This document shows positions 47,493 through 57,070 of a stretch of DNA of 64,000 bases, one piece after another (position 1 is the stretch's first letter; each line of letters begins with the position of its first letter). The position numbers and the translations under genes were made by a program. This DNA is from an uncultured Bacilli bacterium (GTDB lineage: Bacteria > Bacillota_I > Bacilli_A > RF39 > UBA660). The notes below the pieces were generated by a model. That model did not search any database, was not told where the DNA came from, and was given only the letters and a program-made list of their open reading frames with translations. The stretch covers positions 6,243 to 70,242 of the forward strand of contig CAKOOQ010000001.1 of NCBI GenBank assembly GCA_934098555.1, read 5' to 3'.

Positions 47493-48413
47493 TTCTTTTT
47501 TTATAAGCCAATCAACGGGTTCGATAAACACATAAGAACTCATCAATTGGTAAGCATCCTTTAAAAACTCTTCATAGGAACTGGCCTTATCGACAACCGT
47601 AAAAATACAACTAACATCTTTATTATTTTCAATAACCTGTTCATGTAAATCAAAATAATAAGTAGGATAAAGAAGACGGGCAAAAAGCATTCCCATTTGA
47701 TAAGCATCAGGTTTGACAATTTCTATATACGCTTTTAAATCAATTAAAGCATCTTTCGGACTATGAAAGAATAAAGCCTTTATATACTCAGCGATATCTC
47801 GTTCTTTAATATCAATAACAAAATTCAAAGGATTGGCAAAATTAAGACGCAAGTTAGGGTATCCTATTCGTTTATGCCCTAAAACAAAGCTTTCTTTATG
47901 ACTTGGGTATCTTCTTCCCACACTGTTAGCATAGCTAATCGCGTTTTCCGCAAGTCCGACATAATAACTAAAACTGTTTAATAAGGTAGGATAATTCTTA
48001 CCCAGTTCATGTATCTGATACTCCAAATAATCAACTTTTTGACTCCATAAACTTGACCATTCATTCTTATAAGAAGAAGAGAGTTTTTCATTTAAAACAT
48101 ACTTCTGTTGCCAATTTATAATAGCAAACAAATCATACTCTTTATTTATATCCGTTCCTTCGACAAGCACATAATTTTTATCTTGAATCATCGTCAAAAA
48201 AGAACCATAAACATTTTGAATAAAAGGAAAAATAGTTTCCTTACGATTTAATAGTTCTTGCATAACTTTTAAAAGAACTTCAAAATCTTTAAGAGGCCTT
48301 TTTACCAAAGTAAAAAAATAATCTTTACCATTATATTGAAAGACCGAATAATCCTTATAATCTTTTATATCAGAGACATTTAAATGATAAGCATATAAAA
48401 TATTTTCTTTCAT
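47487..48413 (-). CDS. Hypothetical protein, possibly a CotS/YutH-like phosphotransferase-fold protein
   Basis: The only support is synteny with the NifU-like (yutI) and yutD genes, which resembles the Bacillus yutH neighbourhood. No clear kinase motifs were recognised. Confidence 0.25.
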   Translation of the reverse strand: MKENILYAYHLNVSDIKDYKDYSVFQYNGKDYFFTLVKRPLKDFEVLLKVMQELLNRKETIFPFIQNVYGSFLTMIQDKNYVLVEGTDINKEYDLFAIINWQQKYVLNEKLSSSYKNEWSSLWSQKVDYLEYQIHELGKNYPTLLNSFSYYVGLAENAISYANSVGRRYPSHKESFVLGHKRIGYPNLRLNFANPLNFVIDIKERDIAEYIKALFFHSPKDALIDLKAYIEIVKPDAYQMGMLFARLLYPTYYFDLHEQVIENNKDVSCIFTVVDKASSYEEFLKDAYQLMSSYVFIEPVDWLIKKEL

Positions 48414-48455
48414 ACTTATATATATGAAAAAAATCCGAGTTTCATAACCCGAATT

Positions 48456-49211
48456 TTAAGCAAGCTTTCTTGCATTATCAAAAGCTTGGTTAGCAATAAC
48501 TTCCGCAGCTTGAGCATTCTTTAAATGTTCTCTTGCTTCCGCTTGCAAATTAATTATTTTTTTTTTATCATCTTCAAAAGCTTGTAATTCAGCAGCCAGT
48601 TTACTTTGGAACTCATCATCCAAAACTTTTACTTTTTGTTGATATTCGATATCAAGCTCTTGTTTTCTTTTCATATAATCTTCAAAAGAAGATAAGAAAC
48701 TATAACTTACGGGAGCTTCTTCAACCATAGGTGTAACAGAAACTTCTGGTGTTATCGTACTTTCTACAACTGGTGGTTGTGGTTCTTCAACCGTTACTGT
48801 AGGTGCAACTACTTCAGGATTTATAGCAGGTTGTTCCATTACAGGAGGCACAACACCTGTCATATCCACTTTTTCATCCACAAAAGAAGCTGGATTTTCT
48901 ACTACTGGTGCCACAGGTTGTTCAAAAGTTGGTGTAACATCTGGAACAACAGGTTCCACATTAACATTAGGTGTTTCTGGGGCGAAAGTATTTACTTGAG
49001 GAGCCGCATCAAAAGTAGGTTCTGGAATAACATTAGAAACAGCGGGTGCTTCATTCACAACAGGATGAGTTGCCTTGTAGTTATTTGTAGCTGTTAACAT
49101 ACCATTTTTTAAAGCATCTAATTGGGTACTGTTTAAAGCTAATTTTGTTACGTCACCAATATTTTTATTAGCCGATACAACAGATTCAATACTTATAACT
49201 TGACTATTCAT
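48456..49211 (-). CDS. Hypothetical protein with a Pro/Val-rich low-complexity linker and a C-terminal coiled coil
   Basis: The segment NEAPAVSNVIPEPTFDAAPQVNTFAPETPNVNVEPVVPDVTP... is followed by an E/K/Q-rich helix. Confidence 0.35.
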   Translation of the reverse strand: MNSQVISIESVVSANKNIGDVTKLALNSTQLDALKNGMLTATNNYKATHPVVNEAPAVSNVIPEPTFDAAPQVNTFAPETPNVNVEPVVPDVTPTFEQPVAPVVENPASFVDEKVDMTGVVPPVMEQPAINPEVVAPTVTVEEPQPPVVESTITPEVSVTPMVEEAPVSYSFLSSFEDYMKRKQELDIEYQQKVKVLDDEFQSKLAAELQAFEDDKKKIINLQAEAREHLKNAQAAEVIANQAFDNARKLA

Positions 49212-49492
49212 TATGCTTCACCAACCACTTCTACACTATTTTTAATAATATCTACGATAACACTTTTAACTTCACTCCATGCTGATGTATCTGCGATAGC
49301 TTGATACATGCCGTCCTTTTCCCAAAGAAAGCCAAGTACTTGATTGCCATTATTTTCTTCATGTAAATCAACGACTAAAATAGGCACATTTTTAATATTT
49401 GGATGATTATCATCTGTACTCTTAAAATGACAAACAACATCATATTCCATTTTAGTACCATTTGGGTCTGTTAATGTAATTTTATTATTCAT
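49211..49492 (-). CDS. DUF1292-like small protein (YrzB family), paralog A
   Basis: ITLTDPNGTKMEYDV...ILVVDLHEENNGNQVL...AWSEVKSV fits the DUF1292 pattern. Its stop overlaps the downstream gene. Confidence 0.4.
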   Translation of the reverse strand: MNNKITLTDPNGTKMEYDVVCHFKSTDDNHPNIKNVPILVVDLHEENNGNQVLGFLWEKDGMYQAIADTSAWSEVKSVIVDIIKNSVEVVGEA

Positions 49493-49518
49493 TCTTATTC
49501 CCTCACTATTCTGTAGAA

Positions 49519-49547
49519 ATTATAGCAAAAAACAATTAAATAAGCAA
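49519..49547 (-). promoter_or_regulatory. Promoter with an extended -10 (TTGCTT, 17-nt spacer, TGcTATAAT) upstream of DUF1292 paralog A
   Basis: The minus strand reads cttgcttatttaattgttttttgctataat. GAGGGAA then follows as a ribosome-binding site 8 nt upstream of the ATG. Confidence 0.45.
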
Positions 49548-49657
49548 GAGGGTTATTGTAAATCAAACACCCTCATGCCACACTTAATGGTTGATAACTT
49601 ACTAACGGCAGGCCCCTTTGGTTGTAAACCGAGAGCGGCGAGCCAACCTCGTTCTCG

Positions 49658-51286
49658 CTACCCAATCTCGTATGGATTTTCAAGTGTTCCTTCACCGCCT
49701 AAAATCGACGTAGAGGGTATCAGATATACCGAAGGGTGAACCAAACCAGCACCGTAAGCATCGCCGTAGTCGACATTGCCCGTCGTATAGACACTGAACA
49801 CACCGTAAGCACTCGAAGAGTCCGCAATCGGAGAAATCGTCCATTGCCAAGTGCTTAAATCGAGAAGCCAATCATTGCTTTTACAATCACTTGCTCCATC
49901 CCAGTGGTATAATTCTTTGGCTAAACAACTGGCTCGATTCATACTAGTATCTCCACTGGTCGCATAGCCATAATCACTTGGATACATTAATCCTATTTTA
50001 CCTTGCCATGTTGTTGTTCTTGCTACCGTATCATTACAATAAGTACCAGATGTACAAATTTTTCCATTATTATTACTTCTTTCATAACTATAGAAATGAC
50101 TAGCTAGACCTTCACTTGCAGATGTCCAATCATTTGTCCCATTTGTTCCTGTATTCCATAATGTGTTTCCTACTAAATTTTTTAAATTTGTTTTTAAACC
50201 ACTACTGGTAAAATCACAAGTTGATGTCTTATTTTTTATACCAGTATAGCAGTTTCCAGAACTATTATTGTAATATAATGAACCTCCAACACTTTCACTT
50301 TCATAACCTGGATTTAAAAGTTTCATTAAATCAGCTTGACTCCATTCATTGATACCATAACCACTATTTGCTGATGACTCTGAAGAGTCCCATGAATAAA
50401 TTTCAAAGTTGTCAATTTCAATGGCGTCTTTTCTTATTAATTTTATTCTTGTTTCTTTTTTGCCTGTGCCATCATCTATATTATTCATAACACCTATAAT
50501 ACGCCATAGTTCGTTATCTATTTTGACATAGTTACAAGGATTAGCCCCTACATATCTTAAATTGTTATCACTTGTTCCATCATAGGCTAAAGTATACGTA
50601 CAACTATCACTTGCTTTATTTGGAACCGTATAGACATCTGTTGAAGATGAATTTGCACCACTTACTAATGATGCTATTGTTGCTGTTGCAGGTATTTTTG
50701 GTATTTCTTCTATATAACTTGTTGTTACAACTACCTTTGAACTAAACTTAGCGTTTTGAACACCTTCGGTATTCATACCCACGTTTTCATCTAGCCATAA
50801 TCTTAAGGTATACGTTTTAGATTCTTTAGCATTTAAATAGCCTGTTGTTAAATTAAAGGCTGTTTGAGCATTATCTAAGGTTTTCGTGGTTGTTTTATAA
50901 CCTGATAATAAACTTGTGGTTATTTCTGTTTCTGTATCATTTGTTTTTGATGATATCATAGCTTTAACCGCATCATTATTGGTTAATGTTGTCGTATTTA
51001 GTATCTCTAGGTTAACATTAAAGGATGCATAAGAATCACATGTATTTGTAATCGTAAATTCATAAGGTGTTAGTTTCTTTCCTTCTGCATCTAATATTGG
51101 ATAAGCTTTTTGTAAGCTAATATTGTCTTTATCTGTGAAGGTAATATTAAAACAAGATGAAACAATATCATTTTGGCCTGTTTGGGTTAAGTTTAAGACC
51201 CATAAAGCATAGGATACGCCTATAATCGCGACAATTCCTATTAATAGAACAGCGATGACTAATATATTTCTTTTCTTTTTCTCCAT
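49658..51286 (-). CDS. Signal-anchored S/T/N-rich surface protein (542 aa) with a compositionally foreign C-terminal roughly 105 codons
   Basis: An N-terminal TM segment (ILVIAVLLIGIVAIIGVSYALWV) is followed by a long Ser/Thr/Asn/Gly-rich ectodomain. The last roughly 320 nt of the coding sequence are about 48% GC and use GC3-rich codons (GTC GAC TAC GGC ...). The rest of the gene and the genome is about 28% GC. Confidence 0.45.
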   Translation of the reverse strand: MEKKKRNILVIAVLLIGIVAIIGVSYALWVLNLTQTGQNDIVSSCFNITFTDKDNISLQKAYPILDAEGKKLTPYEFTITNTCDSYASFNVNLEILNTTTLTNNDAVKAMISSKTNDTETEITTSLLSGYKTTTKTLDNAQTAFNLTTGYLNAKESKTYTLRLWLDENVGMNTEGVQNAKFSSKVVVTTSYIEEIPKIPATATIASLVSGANSSSTDVYTVPNKASDSCTYTLAYDGTSDNNLRYVGANPCNYVKIDNELWRIIGVMNNIDDGTGKKETRIKLIRKDAIEIDNFEIYSWDSSESSANSGYGINEWSQADLMKLLNPGYESESVGGSLYYNNSSGNCYTGIKNKTSTCDFTSSGLKTNLKNLVGNTLWNTGTNGTNDWTSASEGLASHFYSYERSNNNGKICTSGTYCNDTVARTTTWQGKIGLMYPSDYGYATSGDTSMNRASCLAKELYHWDGASDCKSNDWLLDLSTWQWTISPIADSSSAYGVFSVYTTGNVDYGDAYGAGLVHPSVYLIPSTSILGGEGTLENPYEIG

Positions 51287-51420
51287 AAGTGGAACAACTC
51301 CTTTTCACTTTAATATGCAACCGTTTTGTTACTTTTAAACTCTTTTCTACTTATACAAATATCCTAACACATATTTAATATCAATGGGTAAAAAAGTTTT
51401 CATAAAAAAAGAACTTTCTT

Positions 51421-51702
51421 TTACTTTGTTTCTTTTGATAAGATGAAATATTTACAACCATAGGCACAGTAAGTATTTAAATATTCTTCTATTTTATCAA
51501 CATCATTATATTCTTTAAAATTAGGATTAGTTTTACTGTTAAAGCCTTTAAGACGTAGATGATTATATGACCAGTCACCTACAATGTAATCAAAAGATAA
51601 AAAGTAATCTGTAAAAAGTTCTTTTAAAGTTTCTTCATCAAGTGCATCACGGTAATCTTTCATAATAAGGTATTTTTGGTTATTGAGTTCTATATACTTC
51701 AT
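51421..51702 (-). CDS. yutD: YutD-family protein (DUF1027)
   Basis: DYRDALDEETLKELFTDYFLSFDYIVGDWSYNHLRLKGF matches the YutD signature GDWGYGQLRLKGF. Confidence 0.55.
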   Translation of the reverse strand: MKYIELNNQKYLIMKDYRDALDEETLKELFTDYFLSFDYIVGDWSYNHLRLKGFNSKTNPNFKEYNDVDKIEEYLNTYCAYGCKYFILSKETK

Positions 51703-51708
51703 AGTTAC

Positions 51709-52548
51709 CTACCCAAGTTTCATAAAGGCTAAAGCGGTTATAAAAAGAGTCGTTACTAAAACACTTAAAAATAAGAGAAGATCAACATAACCATTACCAC
51801 TTGTTAGACGATTACCATATTTTTGATAATAAGAAATGGCTTTTAAAAGCATTTCTTCTTTGTTTTCTTCATCAGGATTAATTCTAAAGAAGTTTAAAAC
51901 ATTTTCATTTACTTTTTTTAAGTCAATATCATTTAAAGCATTTACTTGAGTCATATTATACCCTAGAACTTGGTAAGCTAAAGGTGGGAAAGTAACCCGT
52001 CTTACTTCTTCAAATGAAAAATCATGACGTGTTTCAAAAGCAATACTTTGGAAATATCCCTTTAAATAAGAAGGATTATCGCCAATTAAAAATAAATTGT
52101 TTTGTACCGTCTGATTGGTGTTTTCAGGAAAATACAGATAACTATTAAAAAGGGCTTCGTCATCTTTCGTTAAATGCATACTTTTTTCTTTTAATAAGTA
52201 CATTTCCATTAAATATTTTTCAATGGAAATAAGTCCTTCATTCGGAATTGTTTGATTGGTTAAATCTTTTTCATATCTTAAAAAACTATCTTTAAAGTCT
52301 TCTATTTTATCTTTTGTAAAACCATATTTCATGAGGTTACTATCAAATCCCCCCATACTTTGTTCATTGCGGGTTATATAGGGATTTATAATATCAAGTT
52401 CTCCATAAATATAAATCAATGTTCGAATAGCTAAAACAGGAAAACGTGAAAAAGCTTCGTTATCCGGCATTTGTTTATATTTCAAATAATCTTCAATCGC
52501 TTTATTGATAACATCATTTATAAAAGGTTTACCTATCACACCTTTCAC
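51709..52548 (-). CDS. Hypothetical protein with a C-terminal TM anchor
   Basis: A 279-aa soluble domain is followed by LLLFLSVLVTTLFITALAF at the C-terminus. Confidence 0.35.
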   Translation of the reverse strand: MKGVIGKPFINDVINKAIEDYLKYKQMPDNEAFSRFPVLAIRTLIYIYGELDIINPYITRNEQSMGGFDSNLMKYGFTKDKIEDFKDSFLRYEKDLTNQTIPNEGLISIEKYLMEMYLLKEKSMHLTKDDEALFNSYLYFPENTNQTVQNNLFLIGDNPSYLKGYFQSIAFETRHDFSFEEVRRVTFPPLAYQVLGYNMTQVNALNDIDLKKVNENVLNFFRINPDEENKEEMLLKAISYYQKYGNRLTSGNGYVDLLLFLSVLVTTLFITALAFMKLG

Positions 52549-52577
52549 CTTCCTATCATAGGGGTATTATAACACAA

Positions 52578-53255
52578 CTAATGAGGAAAATAAACCTCCA
52601 AAAATGCACTTTTATTTTCCAAGTAACCACCATAAAATTGAGGAACTTTTCCCTCGATAACATTAGAACTTAGCATAAGTTCATAGAAAAAAGTTTCGTT
52701 TTCTTCTTTTAAGGGGGTAATAATATGGTAGTTTAATTTCACTTCTAAGATAATATTTAATAAGGCATTATTAATACCATAATCCGTTACTTTGGTTTTT
52801 ACATTTGTAAAAAAAGAATTTTCCAAACGAACAATAACAGGGATTTTAGGGCCTAAAAAAGACAAATATAAATTATTCGTAAGTTGACCTAAAGGAATAA
52901 AAAGAAAAAGATTTCCCTCTTTAAAATGTGCGTCTTTAAAGTAACCGTTATCCCCTTTTAGTTGTTCATCTAAATACTCGGTTAAGTTTTCTGATAAAGT
53001 ATAGATTTTAGAAAAATCATAATCCATACCTATAATTTCACCTTTACTATTTTCTTTTACTTTTAAAAGATTTAAGTCTTTCGTTTCTATTATAATTTTT
53101 TTATAATTACTGGCTAAAGATTCCATATATTTATTCATCATAATTTCTGTGTAAGAAGTTATTAAAGGGCTTGTTTTGTGACTAAAATAAAGGAAAAAAA
53201 GAAAAGATGAAAAAAGGATTAAAAAAACAATTTTTATATTTAGGTACTTTTTCAT
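52578..53255 (-). CDS. yunB: Sporulation protein YunB
   Basis: An N-terminal TM segment is present. IPLGQLTNNLYLSFLGPKIPVIVRL...GKVPQFYGG matches the YunB family conserved blocks. Confidence 0.5.
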   Translation of the reverse strand: MKKYLNIKIVFLILFSSFLFFLYFSHKTSPLITSYTEIMMNKYMESLASNYKKIIIETKDLNLLKVKENSKGEIIGMDYDFSKIYTLSENLTEYLDEQLKGDNGYFKDAHFKEGNLFLFIPLGQLTNNLYLSFLGPKIPVIVRLENSFFTNVKTKVTDYGINNALLNIILEVKLNYHIITPLKEENETFFYELMLSSNVIEGKVPQFYGGYLENKSAFLEVYFPH

Positions 53256-53305
53256 ACTTCATTTTATGACAAAAAAAAAATAACTTTCGTTTCCTACTCA
53301 TTATT

Positions 53306-54151
53306 TTAAAACCATCCTAAGTTTAAAAATTCATTTAAGAATAAAACAATACCTGCGATGATGAGAATAACTAAAATAACAATAATGATTTTAACAAAAA
53401 TGCTGCTTTTTTCTTCGACATCATCAAAATCCGCAAAATCTTTTTTACTAAAAGACATACTGTTAGTATAAAAAGATTCATCGATATCTTCATCTAATGC
53501 TTTATTGACTTCCTCTTTTTCGGTTTCTTTCTTTTCTTCTAAAGAAGCCATTTCGTCATTAAATTCTTTTGCACCTGCGACAACCGTATTTTCATCCCCT
53601 TTTAAATCACTTAAAATATTTAAAGGATTTAATTCTTCGGTTTCACTATCCATAATTTCTTTGGTTTTGTTTTGGACTTCATTTAAATTTATGGTATTAA
53701 TTAACTCTAAAAGCTCTTCTTTATTTTTCTTAGAGGTTTCTTTTTCTTCAGCTTCTAACTCTAAATTTTTTAATATATCATACTGTGTATCACGAACTTT
53801 TTTTAAACGTTCTTCTTCGTAATCTACTTCTTTTTCTTGGCGGGCCGCCTCTAAAATAGAATTGATATCATATTCTCTTGTTTTTTCCATTATATATTCT
53901 TCATCTTCCGGAATATCCATTTTTAAACTTCTTCTTTGGGGTGTCGCTTGATAATTTTTTTCTAATATTTCTTTTATTTTATCGATATCCATTTGAGAAT
54001 TATTATCCCCGATAACTTTCGCATTACTAGCAATATCAAACGTATCCAATTCGGTATTTTTCATCTGTTCATATAAACTCGAATTTTTTGCTACTCTTTT
54101 AGGAATATAGTCTATAGGCTCGTCAAAACTTCTATCAACCCTTGTCATCAT
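53306..54151 (-). CDS. Acidic coiled-coil protein with a C-terminal TM anchor, hypothetical
   Basis: The protein is highly E/D/K-rich, and its C-terminus is IFVKIIIVILVILIIAGIVLFL. Confidence 0.35.
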   Translation of the reverse strand: MMTRVDRSFDEPIDYIPKRVAKNSSLYEQMKNTELDTFDIASNAKVIGDNNSQMDIDKIKEILEKNYQATPQRRSLKMDIPEDEEYIMEKTREYDINSILEAARQEKEVDYEEERLKKVRDTQYDILKNLELEAEEKETSKKNKEELLELINTINLNEVQNKTKEIMDSETEELNPLNILSDLKGDENTVVAGAKEFNDEMASLEEKKETEKEEVNKALDEDIDESFYTNSMSFSKKDFADFDDVEEKSSIFVKIIIVILVILIIAGIVLFLNEFLNLGWF

Positions 54152-54259
54152 AAATACTATCCTTTCTTAATAAATATACCATATTTTCTAGGTTTTGCAA
54201 ATATTTCGTGTAGGCTTTTTCGAAAACTTGCGTTATAATAAGACCTAAAGGAGATAATC

Positions 54260-54463
54260 ATGAGTGAAATTTATTTAGAAGTAAATAAAGAGGCTTGCAT
54301 TGGATGCGGTGCTTGTATTGGTATTGATGCCGAACATTTTGACTTTGACGAAGATGGTTTATCAACGGTTATTACCAATGATAATTTAGATTCTAAGGAA
54401 TTACAAGATGCCATCGAAGTCTGTCCTGTGGGAGCCATTTCTATTGAAGAAAAAAAAGACTAA
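54260..54463 (+). CDS. Small [4Fe-4S] ferredoxin
   Basis: CIGCGACIG...CPVGAI forms a CxxCxxC...CP cluster. At 67 aa the size is typical. Confidence 0.65.
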   Translation: MSEIYLEVNKEACIGCGACIGIDAEHFDFDEDGLSTVITNDNLDSKELQDAIEVCPVGAISIEEKKD

Positions 54464-54473
54464 TCGAAAAGGA

Positions 54474-55208
54474 TTAGTTTTTTAATGCATATAATTTCTT
54501 AACTTCTTTAATGCTTAGTTTACGACATTCTCCTGGCTTTAAACCCTCTAAAGTTAAAAAGGCATAGGTTTCTCTTTTAAGACGAATCACTTCGTGATGA
54601 AAGGAAGAAAATATTTTTTTAACAATATGGTTTCGTCCTTCTATAATACCAATTAAAACCGTGGTAGTATTACCTTCTTTATTTACTTTTTTAATTTTTA
54701 AGTAAGTAGGAATTACTTTTCTTCCTTCTATAACAATACCTTTTTTTAACTTCATAAATTCTTGAGGTGTTAAAAGACCTTCTATTTTAGCTAAATAAAT
54801 TTTTTCGACTTCATGAGAAGGATGAGTTAAAATATTAGTAAGTTCACCATCATTTGTTAATAATAATAAACCTGTTGTATTATAGTCTAGTCTTCCCACT
54901 GGGTAAATACGACCTTTTGAGGGAACTAAAGAAACCACCGTTGTTCTATCTTTTTCATCTTTTACACTCGAAACTGTTTTTTCTGGTTTATATAAAAGAT
55001 AATATTCTTTTTCTTCTTTGGCACTTAATATTTGTCCATCCACTTCAATTTCATCTTCATAAGAAACTTTTGTTCCCAGTTCGGTTACTTTTTCATTATT
55101 GACATAAACTTTACCCGATGTGATATAATCTTCGGCTTTTCTTCTTGAACAAAAGCCACTACTGGCGATGACTTTCTGTAATCTTTCCATTTTTTTCCTC
55201 ACTTTCAA
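54474..55208 (-). CDS. RsuA/RluB-family rRNA pseudouridine synthase with an N-terminal S4 domain
   Basis: The S4 domain reads LQKVIASSGFCSRRKAEDYITSGKVYVNNE. The catalytic motif is GRLDYNTTGLLLLTNDGEL. Confidence 0.7.
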   Translation of the reverse strand: MKVRKKMERLQKVIASSGFCSRRKAEDYITSGKVYVNNEKVTELGTKVSYEDEIEVDGQILSAKEEKEYYLLYKPEKTVSSVKDEKDRTTVVSLVPSKGRIYPVGRLDYNTTGLLLLTNDGELTNILTHPSHEVEKIYLAKIEGLLTPQEFMKLKKGIVIEGRKVIPTYLKIKKVNKEGNTTTVLIGIIEGRNHIVKKIFSSFHHEVIRLKRETYAFLTLEGLKPGECRKLSIKEVKKLYALKN

Positions 55209-55854
55209 ACATTTTCATAAATTCTTTAGGCACTTTACATTCGATAACAAGAGGGTCTTTTTGATAAGGGACTTTTAAAGTTAAATGATAGGCATGAAGA
55301 CCAAGTCTTCCTAAAGGATTACTTTTAGCCTTATATTTTTTGTCTCCAATAATAGGATGCCCATATTCTTTTAAAGAAACTCGTATTTGGTGCTTACGAC
55401 CCGTAAAAATCTCAATATCTAAAAGAGAATAGGCTCTTTTATGATAAATAGTTTCAAACTTTGTGATGGCAAGTTTTCCCTCTTCTTTACGGGTAACATG
55501 CACATTTAAAAATTTATCTTCCTGTAAATAATACTGTAAAGTTTTACCTTTGTCTTTCACATCTTTTTCAACTACAGCCATGTATTTACGCTTTAAAGCA
55601 ACCTTATCCCAATTATTCTGTAAATAAGTTTTTAACTCTTCATTTTTAGCAAAAACCACAAGACCAGAAGTATCCCTATCTAAGCGATTCACGATAAAGA
55701 TTTTATTTTTAGGGTATTGTTTTTTAACATATTGGCTAGCCTCATAATAAAGACTACTTGTTTTGTTCTTTTCCGTTGCAATCGTTAATTGTTTGGCCGG
55801 TTTATCAATAATTAACAAATTTTTATCTTCGTATAGAATATGCATCTTTTTCAT
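55159..55854 (-). CDS. RluA-family pseudouridine synthase
   Basis: VNRLDRDTSGLVVFAKN contains the catalytic Asp. HQIRVSL is motif III. Confidence 0.7.
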   Translation of the reverse strand: MKKMHILYEDKNLLIIDKPAKQLTIATEKNKTSSLYYEASQYVKKQYPKNKIFIVNRLDRDTSGLVVFAKNEELKTYLQNNWDKVALKRKYMAVVEKDVKDKGKTLQYYLQEDKFLNVHVTRKEEGKLAITKFETIYHKRAYSLLDIEIFTGRKHQIRVSLKEYGHPIIGDKKYKAKSNPLGRLGLHAYHLTLKVPYQKDPLVIECKVPKEFMKMFESEEKNGKITESHRQ

Positions 55855-57070
55855 ATGTATTTTCTTCTTTCATTTCTTTTAGGTTATAGTGAATTTGACT
55901 ACCATCTTCAAGCAAAATATTAAATCCATCCATATAATCACTGGCATTAAAATAAGTAGCTATATGCGGTAAGTATAAACGGTCGCCAGCACTATCAATA
56001 CCCGTGAATAAAACTTGATATTCCGTATTTTTATTGATTTTACTCGGTCCGGCATTGTAAGATGCGGCTCCCAGAAATAAATCACCTTGCCGGTTAACAA
56101 GATAAGATAAATAAAAGGCAGACAGGCGAATATTATTTTCTATAGCTTTTTCACTTGTACCATTTTTAAGGTCGGTGATTTTTAAAATTTCATAACCTTG
56201 TTGTTTTAAAGCAATCGCTTTTTGGACTTCTTCTTGTTGTTCTAAAGTGAATTTAGAAAAATGCCCTAAAGTATCTAAATCCTTTAAAGGATAATTTTGA
56301 TAAAAATCGCCCAAAATAAATATCTTATCCCAGCCGATACACACGCCATCCTCATAAACAGGCGCTTTAAAACCATTCCCACCACAGATAGAATCTGTAA
56401 GTTGTCCAGGATTTGGTCTTTCAATATCATCTTCTCTTTCTTGAGAGATTAAAGCTTCTAAAAAAGAAGCATCCAAGCCATATCTCTGCGCGTATTTTTC
56501 GATAAAAGCTCCAAAATATTGATGAGTGACCAGCCTTTTTTCGGATTTATAAGATATAAAAGGACTTTCTGGTATTTCAACATCTAAAGAAGTGATATCT
56601 TCTACAGGTATTTCTTCTACAGGAGCTTCCGTCGTTACATCCAAAGAAGAATATCCATCTGTTTCTACCATTGTCTCAATAGGTATTTGAGAACCTGTTT
56701 CTGTTTCAATAATAACGGGAGAATCTTTTCTACCTCTAAAATTAGATACGGCCTTAAGAGCTGCCAGCGTTAATACGGTTAAAAGAATATACTTCCTAAA
56801 CCTTTTTCTTTTTTGCTGGGCAACTATCTTTTTATTTCTAATCCTTTCTCTTTCAAATAGATCAATCACGTAACCATTACGATATTCCCAAAGATGAAAA
56901 CCACCATAAAACCCATATGCAAAATGTCGTCCTTTATATAAAATGGTTCTACGGTTCTTATCCATGTGAACCTCATTTTCGTTAATAGGACCAATGAAGT
57001 GTGCTAAAGAGGCTAAAACTTCTCTATCAAGGGAAGTGAATTTTTGCTCTGGCATCATCTTAATCACCAT
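55823..57070 (-). CDS. Membrane-anchored protein with a C-terminal lytic-transglycosylase-like (SLT) domain
   Basis: An internal TM segment (YILLTVLTLAALKAV) is present. LEALISQEREDDIERPNPGQLT is a candidate catalytic Glu region, and GAASYNAGPSKINK matches the AYNAGPG motif. Confidence 0.4.
   Translation of the reverse strand: MVIKMMPEQKFTSLDREVLASLAHFIGPINENEVHMDKNRRTILYKGRHFAYGFYGGFHLWEYRNGYVIDLFERERIRNKKIVAQQKRKRFRKYILLTVLTLAALKAVSNFRGRKDSPVIIETETGSQIPIETMVETDGYSSLDVTTEAPVEEIPVEDITSLDVEIPESPFISYKSEKRLVTHQYFGAFIEKYAQRYGLDASFLEALISQEREDDIERPNPGQLTDSICGGNGFKAPVYEDGVCIGWDKIFILGDFYQNYPLKDLDTLGHFSKFTLEQQEEVQKAIALKQQGYEILKITDLKNGTSEKAIENNIRLSAFYLSYLVNRQGDLFLGAASYNAGPSKINKNTEYQVLFTGIDSAGDRLYLPHIATYFNASDYMDGFNILLEDGSQIHYNLKEMKEENTYEKDAYSIRR

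Noticed and set aside
49493-49660. GC-rich intergenic stretch considered as a structured ncRNA such as tmRNA, RNase P RNA, SRP RNA or a riboswitch
   Set aside because: No tRNA-like acceptor/T-arm (GGTTCGAATCC), no RNase P P4 (AGGAAAGTCC-like) and no SRP domain IV motifs are present. The GC richness continues seamlessly into the open reading frame, so a horizontally acquired coding cassette is the simpler explanation.
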